Virus record (IMG/VR): IMGVR_UViG_3300029705_000244 | Direction: 5' to 3' (one strand) | DNA length: 44,051 nucleotides | Origin: a virus | Part shown: positions 7,166-13,500 of the stretch, piece after piece | Layout of the letters: each line of letters opens with the position of its first letter | How positions within the stretch are numbered: the stretch's first letter is position 1 | The notes under the pieces: generated by a model | Seen by the model: only the letters and a program-made list of their open reading frames with translations | Told to the model about the DNA's origin: nothing | Databases searched by the model: none | Program-made: the position numbers and the translations under genes

Positions 7166-7492
7166 TTATTTACAACGTTTTCTAAGATATAAAATCACAT
7201 CATCCAACCTATCAATGAAATCTTGCACAGTTCCGTCAATTTCATCATACTTATATAGTGATTTCAAAATCTGCATATAGTGTTTTCTTCCCTGTAATTT
7301 CACTTTACCCAGTGGATAGGTTTTATAATAGGGTTCAAGTGTACCGTTTGAAAATCTATGCAGTGTAATGTGACTGTTTTCTGATTCATCCAGTCTTTCA
7401 TACAATTCATTAAAAAACAATTCTTCATCAGGATTCACATTGTATAACTTGGTTGGTGGATTCACATTGTATACTATCCTATATTTCAACAC
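7166..7492 (-). CDS. Hypothetical protein (108 aa) in the lysogeny module between repressor and integrase (moron position)
   Basis: GTG start with agaaagga 8 nt upstream. Internal duplicated YNVNP motif. No family recognised. Confidence 0.6.
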   Translation of the reverse strand: MLKYRIVYNVNPPTKLYNVNPDEELFFNELYERLDESENSHITLHRFSNGTLEPYYKTYPLGKVKLQGRKHYMQILKSLYKYDEIDGTVQDFIDRLDDVILYLRKRCK

Positions 7493-7512
7493 AACACCGT
7501 CCTTTCTTTATT

Positions 7513-7686
7513 GGTTACGGTTACGGTTCAAGTTCCTATTCTCTATATATTTATTTTTTTTTCTTTTCTAAGATATAAACATAAATATCAAATATAAAGA
7601 AAGTCTATATAAACCGTAACCAACCGTAACTTCATAGAAAATTGTTGAGTTTGCAACCGTAACTGCAAACCGTAACCAACAGTAAC
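7513..7686. repeat. Regulatory module 1: AT-rich promoter-like core (7529-7611) flanked by opposed arrays of GGTTACGG / CCGTAACC
   Basis: GTTACGG x2 (7514-7526). CCGTAAC x4 plus one variant (7614, 7624, 7657, 7670, 7680). Homologous to 23283-23542 in inverted genome orientation. Confidence 0.8.
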
Positions 7687-7702
7687 TAAGTGAAATCAAC
7701 AA

Positions 7703-8149
7703 CTATGATATTGCCCTTGCATTGGATGATTCTTTTTTCACAGAATATTTGTCATCTTCAAGTAAAGTGTTTATTCGTTCCATTACTTTCACTTGGTCAA
7801 TGTCATCCAGTTTTGTAAAAAGTTCAATCAGTGGTTCAGCCTTTGAACCATACACTTCTTCAAGAAGGTTGTGCAGCAACATTTTCTTCTGCAATTCTTC
7901 CGTGTTTTGGGTTAAATCACATACGGTCACACCAAGTGCCTTTGCAATGGCTTTCAGAGTAGATGCCGGAACATCATTGACACCCTTTTCTATTTTGGAA
8001 ATGGTTGACCGACTATTACTACTGTCAAAACCACATAATTTTGCAAGTTCTGCTTGGGATAACCCTTTTTCAGTTCTGTACTTCTTAATGTTCTGACCTA
8101 ATCTTTGTAAAAAATCATCTTTTCCTTTATTTTCACTCATTTGGTACAC
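7703..8149 (-). CDS. CI-like repressor (XRE-family HTH)
   Basis: HTH KGLSQAELAKLCGFDSSNSRSTISKIEKG. Divergent from the early operon. The most likely start is the ATG at 8140 (aaaggtagg, 8 nt, ATG) rather than the GTG at 8149. Confidence 0.88.
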   Translation of the reverse strand: MYQMSENKGKDDFLQRLGQNIKKYRTEKGLSQAELAKLCGFDSSNSRSTISKIEKGVNDVPASTLKAIAKALGVTVCDLTQNTEELQKKMLLHNLLEEVYGSKAEPLIELFTKLDDIDQVKVMERINTLLEDDKYSVKKESSNARAIS

Positions 8150-8165
8150 CTACCTTTCAACCCAA

Positions 8166-8194
8166 ATTATACAGTAAAATGGACTAAAAATCAA
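8166..8194 (-). promoter_or_regulatory. Leftward promoter for the repressor gene (PRM-like)
   Basis: On the minus strand: TTGATT (8194-8189), 17 nt, TATAAT (8171-8166). Confidence 0.65.
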
Positions 8195-8222
8195 CTTTTA
8201 TAAATTTTTTTATAAATTTTTG

Positions 8223-8251
8223 TTGACATTCAATCCACAATGATGTATAGT
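8223..8251 (+). promoter_or_regulatory. Rightward early promoter (PR-like)
   Basis: TTGACA (8223-8228), 17 nt, TATAGT (8246-8251), preceded by duplicated A/T UP-like repeats ttataaattttt x2. Confidence 0.7.
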
Positions 8252-8257
8252 GTGAAA

Positions 8258-8276
8258 TGTGGACGGACAATCCACA
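8258..8276. promoter_or_regulatory. Operator-like palindrome TGTGGA-N7-TCCACA (copy 1 of 4)
   Basis: tgtgga cggacaa tccaca lies just downstream of the PR -10. An extra TCCACA half-site sits in the PR spacer (8234-8239). Confidence 0.6.
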
Positions 8277-8284
8277 ATAAAAAC

Positions 8285-8329
8285 AACCGTTGCAGCGGTT
8301 CAAAAATCAAGGAATAGGACGGTATAGGG
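8285..8329 (+). promoter_or_regulatory. PR-leader element: hairpin AACCG-UUGCAG-CGGUU plus AUCAAGGAAUAGG.., an inverted copy of 7089-7148
   Basis: 8285-8300 is the reverse complement of 7133-7148 (15/16 plus one wobble). 8306-8329 is the reverse complement of 7089-7112 (13 contiguous bp, a 2-nt gap, then 9 bp including 2 G.U). Confidence 0.6.
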
Positions 8330-8330
8330 A

Positions 8331-8498
8331 ATGAGAACTTACAGAGCAGAAATCGAAGATGATAATTTTGAAATCATTCTTGCTGATGATGACAATGATG
8401 CGTTAAAGCAATACTGGAAATTGGAAGAACAAGGTCACGAACTGTTTAATCTGCATGAGATTGATGAAGATTATGATGTAATCAGAACACTTTGTTAG
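8331..8498 (+). CDS. Small acidic early protein (55 aa), first gene of the rightward operon
   Basis: MRTYRAEIEDDNFEIILADDDNDALKQYWKLEEQGHELFNLHEIDEDYDVIRTLC. Below the ORF-track cut-off. Confidence 0.5.
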   Translation: MRTYRAEIEDDNFEIILADDDNDALKQYWKLEEQGHELFNLHEIDEDYDVIRTLC

Positions 8499-8514
8499 AA
8501 AGGGGTCATGAAGT

Positions 8515-8724
8515 ATGAGAGAAAATAAGCAGAAGATATGTGATTTGTTACTGGTGACATTACAGGCAACCAGTAATGCAGCGGATGTTGTTGCAATCGT
8601 GTATGACGATAGTACGGAAAAAGTTCAGGTGACTTTTGCAAGCGGTGGTCATAGGAATATCAATGTTGCAATGGATTCCGGTACTGCAATGATTCGTGAC
8701 ATTATGAATAATCTTGGGTGTTAG
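8515..8724 (+). CDS. Hypothetical early protein (69 aa)
   Basis: ORF with RBS aaagggg upstream. No motif recognised. Confidence 0.55.
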   Translation: MRENKQKICDLLLVTLQATSNAADVVAIVYDDSTEKVQVTFASGGHRNINVAMDSGTAMIRDIMNNLGC

Positions 8725-8738
8725 AAAGAAGGGATTCA

Positions 8739-8924
8739 ATGTTTCAGATTTATGATACAAAGGCAAAATGTTATTGTGGCAGACCCAATGAAATTCAGGT
8801 CAATGCTGCACGTAAATGTCAGGTAGCAAATGTGAAAATATGTGGTATTGAAGAACTGGATAAGCCGGAAGAAGAAAGAAGGTTTGTGGTTCACGATTTA
8901 TCAAGATTTTTGGAAAGTAGGTGA
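8739..8924 (+). CDS. Hypothetical early protein (61 aa)
   Basis: Internal ATG 8739 with gaaggga upstream (MFQIYDTKAKCYCGRPNE...). Confidence 0.5.
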   Translation: MFQIYDTKAKCYCGRPNEIQVNAARKCQVANVKICGIEELDKPEEERRFVVHDLSRFLESR

Positions 8925-8928
8925 TAAT

Positions 8929-9141
8929 ATGGCAAAGAAGGTCTTAACTGCATTTACTGAACAGGTGTTACAGTTCGACAGTGAAAGTGAATATGAAGGT
9001 TATGTGTTAGGATTGAAGCACAAAAGAACCAAGTTCTGCATCAAGGATGTGAAAACAGATGCGGTTGGTAAAGTTTTTGTGACTATCAGAAAGCAGTACA
9101 ACAATAACGCATTTCCTGATGATATGGAAGGTGGTGAATAA
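8929..9141 (+). CDS. Hypothetical early protein (70 aa)
   Basis: ATG 8929 after aaagtaggtga (MAKKVLTAFTEQ...). Confidence 0.55.
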   Translation: MAKKVLTAFTEQVLQFDSESEYEGYVLGLKHKRTKFCIKDVKTDAVGKVFVTIRKQYNNNAFPDDMEGGE

Positions 9142-9142
9142 A

Positions 9143-9373
9143 GTGAAAAGAATAATGACAAATACAAAGTTGTTAAGAGAAAAAATTGATGCTTGCGGGT
9201 ATAAGATAACATTTGTTGCAAAACAGTGTGGTCTTACTTATCAGGGTTTTTTGAAAAAGGTGAACAATGAATCAGAGTTCAAAGTCAGTGAAACTATGAT
9301 ACTAAAAGAACTTCTTCACATGACTGATGAAGAATGGGAAGAAATTTTTTTTACAGAGGATGTGGATTTATAG
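9143..9373 (+). CDS. Small HTH regulator (Cro/XRE-like, DUF739-like pattern)
   Basis: GTG 9143 after aggtggtga. KITFVAKQCGLTYQGFLKKVNNESEFKVSE...EEIFF resembles small phage HTH proteins. The start is uncertain (alternative ATG at 9155). Confidence 0.55.
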   Translation: MKRIMTNTKLLREKIDACGYKITFVAKQCGLTYQGFLKKVNNESEFKVSETMILKELLHMTDEEWEEIFFTEDVDL

Positions 9374-9379
9374 TCCACA
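9361..9379. promoter_or_regulatory. Operator-like palindrome TGTGGA-N7-TCCACA (copy 2)
   Basis: tgtgga tttatag tccaca overlaps the stop of 9143-9373, upstream of HTH gene 9398. Confidence 0.55.
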
Positions 9380-9397
9380 AATAAAAGAAAGGAATAG

Positions 9398-9814
9398 GTG
9401 AACAAAATGAACTTTAGTGAAAAGTTAAAAAAGGCTATGCAAGAATTAGGAATCAATCAGGCAAAAGTGGTCAGTCTGACCGGGAAAAGTAAAGGGTCAA
9501 TCAGTCAGTACATTTCCGGCAAGCAGACACCACCCGCAGAAGTGCAACGTGATATTGCAGTATCACTTGGACTTGCCCCGGACTACTTTGAACAGGAAGT
9601 TACGGTTGTGCAGCTTGCAAGGAACACGGACGGAATCAGAACCCTTGACGTGGTTGAGGTTGCAAAGGTGATGCACATGAATCACAACACCGTCAGAAAA
9701 GGTTTACAACAGGGTGTGTTCCCTTGGGGGTATGCAATCAAGACCAGTGAAAACCGTTGGGTATACTTCATCAATGCAAAACGATTTGCAGAAATTGAAG
9801 GATGTGCAGTTTGA
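9398..9814 (+). CDS. DNA-binding protein: N-terminal XRE HTH plus C-terminal MerR/excisionase-like HTH
   Basis: LGINQAKVVSLTGKSKGSISQYISGKQ (HTH). The C-terminal part LDVVEVAKVMHMNHNTVRKGLQQGVFPWGYAI..WVYFINAKRFAEIEG is Xis-like. An alternative start is the ATG at 9407. Confidence 0.7.
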   Translation: MNKMNFSEKLKKAMQELGINQAKVVSLTGKSKGSISQYISGKQTPPAEVQRDIAVSLGLAPDYFEQEVTVVQLARNTDGIRTLDVVEVAKVMHMNHNTVRKGLQQGVFPWGYAIKTSENRWVYFINAKRFAEIEGCAV

Positions 9815-9830
9815 AAGGACGGTGTGAAAG

Positions 9831-10742
9831 ATGCCTAAGATATGTTACAAGGAAATCAATTTCAGACAGTCAAGTCTTGATTTGATAAGTCTGATAAATC
9901 AGGTAATAGATGAATACAGTGCAATGGGGTATGAACTGACCCTTAGACAAGCCTATTATCAGTTAGTTGCACGTGGTTACATACCAAATAATGAACGTAG
10001 TTATAAGAACGTGGGAAATCTGATAAATGACGGTAGACTTGCCGGACTGATTGACTGGCACGCAATCACAGACAGAACCCGCAACCTTAGAGCAAACGGA
10101 CACTGGGACAATCCCGCAGACGTTATTGCATCCGCAAGATATAGTTATCTGCTTGATAAATGGGAAGGTCAACCAAATTACGTTGAAGTGTGGGTTGAAA
10201 AAGATGCCTTGGTTGATATTGTGGGACAGGCTTGCAGTCCTATTGACACACCTTACTTCTCATGTAGGGGTTACACATCCCAGTCAGAAATGTGGGCTGC
10301 TGCACAGAGATTCAAAAGACAGAACCAAGAAAGGGAAGGTTGCTTCATCATTCATCTTGGTGACCATGACCCAAGCGGTATTGATATGACACGTGACATT
10401 CAGGAAAGATTGTGGATGTTTGGGGCTGATGTGGAAGTTAAACGTGTTGCACTGACAATGAATCAGGTGCAGACATACAACCCGCCACCTAACCCGGCAA
10501 AGATAACTGACAGTAGAGCATCAAAATATATTGATGAATACGGTGATGAATCGTGGGAACTGGATGCCCTTGAACCGCAAATGTTGAACCAGTTGATAAC
10601 GGATGAAGTGACTGCATTACGTGATTATGAAATCTATCAGGCAGTATGTGACCGGGAAAAACGTGGAAAGACAGAACTTAGAATGTTGGAACGTAACTAT
10701 GACAAGGCAGTTGCATATTTGGAGTGTGAAGGTTATGAATAA
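9831..10742 (+). CDS. Spo11/Topoisomerase VI-A-like protein (5Y-CAP-like plus Toprim), stand-alone 'Mini-A'-type
   Basis: LTLRQAYYQLVARG (candidate catalytic-Tyr winged helix). VEVWVEKDALVDIV (Toprim Glu, the VEKDA motif of TopoVI-A). IIHLGDHDPSGIDM (Toprim DxD). No B subunit is adjacent. Confidence 0.6.
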   Translation: MPKICYKEINFRQSSLDLISLINQVIDEYSAMGYELTLRQAYYQLVARGYIPNNERSYKNVGNLINDGRLAGLIDWHAITDRTRNLRANGHWDNPADVIASARYSYLLDKWEGQPNYVEVWVEKDALVDIVGQACSPIDTPYFSCRGYTSQSEMWAAAQRFKRQNQEREGCFIIHLGDHDPSGIDMTRDIQERLWMFGADVEVKRVALTMNQVQTYNPPPNPAKITDSRASKYIDEYGDESWELDALEPQMLNQLITDEVTALRDYEIYQAVCDREKRGKTELRMLERNYDKAVAYLECEGYE

Positions 10743-12033
10743 TCTGAACTTCATGCCACATCAGACGGATGTACTGAACAAAACAGAACCGTTCAACAGG
10801 TGTGCATATTACCTTGATATGGGACTGGGGAAAACATTTGTGGGTGCTGAAAAGGTGTGGCGGTTAAACAATGCGGTGAATGTTGTCATCTGTCAGAAAT
10901 CAAAGATTGATGACTGGGTGCAGCACTTCACAGAACACTACCCTGATTATCATGTGTTGAACCTGACCAAGAAAAGTGAAGCGGTCACATTCAGAAATGA
11001 AGTTAAAACACTGAAAATGTACGGTGACCAACAAAGGGATATTATAGGTGTCATCAACTATGAACTTGCTTTCAGACGGTCATGGTTGCGGGAACTGGAA
11101 GGGTTCACAATGATGCTTGATGAAAGTTCCCTGATTCAGAATGAGAACGCAAAGCGGTCAAAATTCATCCTGAAAATGCAACCTGAAAGTGTGGTACTGC
11201 TATCAGGAACACCAACTGCCGGGAAGTATGAAAGATTATGGTCACAGGTTCAGTTGCTTGGTTGGGATATTACCAAGAAAGCCTTTTACAAAAGTTATGT
11301 TGAAACCCAGTGGGTTGAAAACGGTGACGGTTACAAGGAAGAAGTCATTGTTGGGTATAAGCACGTAGAACACCTGAAAAAGAAACTTGCACAACATGGT
11401 GCGGTGTTTATGAAAACAGAAGAAGTGTTGAACCTTCCTGAACAGATTGAACAGAAAATCATGGTCAAGGTCACCAAGGAATACAGGTTTTTTATGAAAA
11501 ACTGTTACCTGATAATAGGTGATACGGAACTGGTTGGTGACAATGCCCTGACAAAGATGCTATATGCCCGGCAGTTATGCGGTCAGTATCATGCTGAAAA
11601 ACTGGATGCGTTCAGGGACTTGATTCAGTCAACAGAAGATAGGCTAATTGTATTTTACAATTTCACCGCAGAACTGGAAGCAATGAAAGAAATTGCAGCA
11701 GAACTTGAAAGACCTGTTTCCGTGGTTCGTGGTGATGAAGATGACCGAACTGCCTATGAAGAATGTGACAACAGTATCACATTCATTCAATATCAGGCGG
11801 GTGCAATGGGTGGTAACTTCCAAAAGGCAAATAAAATCATATATTTCACCCTTCCGTTGGGAAAAGGTTCATGTGACCTTTGGGAACAGTCAAAGAAACG
11901 TATTCACAGAATTGGTCAGGACAAGACCTGTTTCTATTACTACCTACTGGTGAAGGGCAGCATAGAAGAAAGGAATCTTGCAGCACTGCAAGAAGGAAAG
12001 GAATTGACAGATGAACTATTCAAGGAATCTTAG
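10735..12033 (+). CDS. SNF2-family helicase/ATPase
   Basis: DMGLGKT (Walker A), MLDESSLIQN (DExx box), LLSGTP, QAGAMGGNFQKAN, RIHRIGQ. ATG 10735 overlaps the upstream stop; the track ORF from 10621 is an in-frame upstream extension. Confidence 0.9.
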   Translation: MNNLNFMPHQTDVLNKTEPFNRCAYYLDMGLGKTFVGAEKVWRLNNAVNVVICQKSKIDDWVQHFTEHYPDYHVLNLTKKSEAVTFRNEVKTLKMYGDQQRDIIGVINYELAFRRSWLRELEGFTMMLDESSLIQNENAKRSKFILKMQPESVVLLSGTPTAGKYERLWSQVQLLGWDITKKAFYKSYVETQWVENGDGYKEEVIVGYKHVEHLKKKLAQHGAVFMKTEEVLNLPEQIEQKIMVKVTKEYRFFMKNCYLIIGDTELVGDNALTKMLYARQLCGQYHAEKLDAFRDLIQSTEDRLIVFYNFTAELEAMKEIAAELERPVSVVRGDEDDRTAYEECDNSITFIQYQAGAMGGNFQKANKIIYFTLPLGKGSCDLWEQSKKRIHRIGQDKTCFYYYLLVKGSIEERNLAALQEGKELTDELFKES

Positions 12034-12043
12034 AAGGTCAGCA

Positions 12044-12703
12044 ATGGCAAAACGCATCATTGCATCATGGGTGATTGTCGCAGTTGTCTTTTTACTGATA
12101 GGTGGTGTGTCAGGATATGCCCTGAAAACTCATATAACCGCCAAAGACGAACCCAAAGAAGAAACACAAGGAAATATTCAGGTAGACACAGAACCCCTTG
12201 TATTTGGTCAATATGATGACCGTATTTTCACAACGGAAATGTCACTTGACTGGGGTGTGGGTGATTTAGATTTCACACCGCTTGACTGCAATATGCCGGA
12301 AGAACAACAGGAATTTTTATTTTACCTTTGTGCGGGGTATAACATAGATTTCACCCTTGCAATGGCGGTGATTCAGCAAGAAAGCAGTTTCAGGGCTGAT
12401 ATAATTGCCGGGAATGATTACGGATTGATGCAGATTAACAAAATCAACCATGAATGGTTGACAGAAACCATTGGTGTGACGGATTTCACAGACCCCTATG
12501 AAAATATGCGGGCGGGCTGCTTCATTCTTAGAAAGTTGTTTGAAAGATACCAAGAACCTGAACTTGTCCTGATGTGTTACAACATGGGTGAAACCGGGGC
12601 GGGTAGATTGTGGGACAAAGGTGTTTTTTCCACCAACTACACGCAGAAGGTTTTGACATATCAGCACCAGTTCAATGAACAGTTGGAAGGTGGTGCGGAA
12701 TAA
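12044..12703 (+). CDS. Membrane-anchored lytic transglycosylase (SLT domain)
   Basis: N-terminal TM segment IIASWVIVAVVFLLIGGVSGYAL. SLT motifs AVIQQESSFRADI and YGLMQIN. Confidence 0.8.
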   Translation: MAKRIIASWVIVAVVFLLIGGVSGYALKTHITAKDEPKEETQGNIQVDTEPLVFGQYDDRIFTTEMSLDWGVGDLDFTPLDCNMPEEQQEFLFYLCAGYNIDFTLAMAVIQQESSFRADIIAGNDYGLMQINKINHEWLTETIGVTDFTDPYENMRAGCFILRKLFERYQEPELVLMCYNMGETGAGRLWDKGVFSTNYTQKVLTYQHQFNEQLEGGAE

Positions 12704-12766
12704 TGGGATATAAGCAGAAACACCCCTACTTGATGCAGTTATGGTACATAATCAAGTATCTATTCA

Positions 12767-12776
12767 AGGGGGGGGG
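12767..12776. repeat. G10 homopolymer forming the SD region of the HNH gene
   Basis: aaggggggggggcatagATG. Confidence 0.9.
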
Positions 12777-12782
12777 GCATAG

Positions 12783-13148
12783 ATGCCAAAATGGAAAATC
12801 ATAGAAAACCACCCAAATTATGAAGTCAGCAGAATGGGACAGGTCAGAAACATCATCACTGGTAAGTTGCTGACACCATATGATGACGGAAACGGTTACT
12901 TGCGTGTGAAGTTGGACGGTGAAAATTGCAGACTGCACATATTGGTTGCAGTGGCACACGTTCCGAACCCTGACCCGGAAACCAAGAATGTTGTGAACCA
13001 CAAGAAAGGTAAAAAGCATGATTGCAGAGCATCACAACTTGAATGGGTCACACAGGCTGAAAATATTCAACACGCATGGGACACTGGACTTTGTAAACGT
13101 AAGAGAAGAAAGAAGGTGAAAACCGTTGGCAAAGGAAAAGAACTTTGA
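12783..13148 (+). CDS. HNH homing endonuclease (NUMOD4 plus HNH_3-like)
   Basis: WKIIENHPNYEVSRMGQVRN (NUMOD4-like). GYLRVKLDGENCRLHILVA...VNHKKGKKHDCRASQLEWVTQAEN (HNH). Confidence 0.85.
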   Translation: MPKWKIIENHPNYEVSRMGQVRNIITGKLLTPYDDGNGYLRVKLDGENCRLHILVAVAHVPNPDPETKNVVNHKKGKKHDCRASQLEWVTQAENIQHAWDTGLCKRKRRKKVKTVGKGKEL

Positions 13149-13485
13149 AAACCGACTGAAAGACTATCTGAAAAAGTATGGTTGTTACTTCCTGAAATAC
13201 TGGGCGGGTGCAGCTTATACCAAAAGTGGAATCCCTGACCTGTTGGTCAGTTCTGACGGTTGGTTTTTAGGGATAGAAGTCAAAGCGGATAACGGTGAAC
13301 CTACACTGTTACAGTTACACAACCTGAATAAAATCAGGGAATCAGGTGGGTATGGAATCCTACTATACCCAAAAGACTTTGAACTGTTCAAACGGTTCAA
13401 TGCGAATAAATCAAAAACTGATGCTTGGTATCTTTCCAACTTGGAAGAACAAGAGCATTGGAAAATAAAACTATTATCAAAGTAA
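13126..13485 (+). CDS. VRR-NUC / PD-(D/E)xK nuclease (Holliday-junction-resolvase-like)
   Basis: TTG start after aggtga. GIPDLLV ... GIEVK motif. Confidence 0.75.
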   Translation: MAKEKNFENRLKDYLKKYGCYFLKYWAGAAYTKSGIPDLLVSSDGWFLGIEVKADNGEPTLLQLHNLNKIRESGGYGILLYPKDFELFKRFNANKSKTDAWYLSNLEEQEHWKIKLLSK

Positions 13486-13500
13486 AGGAGTAAAAGAACT

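Noticed and set aside
7513-7686. GTTACGG repeat clusters (here and at 23283-23542), considered as a CRISPR array or plasmid-type iterons/origin
   Set aside because: The units are only 7-10 nt, irregularly spaced and present in both orientations, with no spacer structure and no cas genes. An origin role cannot be excluded. However, the shared promoter-like core and the position directly upstream of genes favour transcriptional control.
7089-8329. Inverted repeats (7089-7148 versus 8285-8329) flanking the repressor, PR/PRM and the moron gene, considered as the ends of an invertible DNA switch
   Set aside because: No invertase or serine recombinase is encoded nearby. The two arms have different internal spacing (21 versus 6 nt) and mismatches. 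Each arm sits at the same distance 5' of a start codon, which fits RNA-level elements (sRNA/target or nut-like sites) better than recombination sites.
10621-10734. N-terminal extension of the SNF2 ORF (track start 10621), and similar extensions for 12011, 18386, 22049, 22257, 22576, 30299 and 39125
   Set aside because: The extensions overlap the preceding gene and lack SD sequences. Internal ATGs with proper RBS spacing give compact, non-overlapping gene packing.
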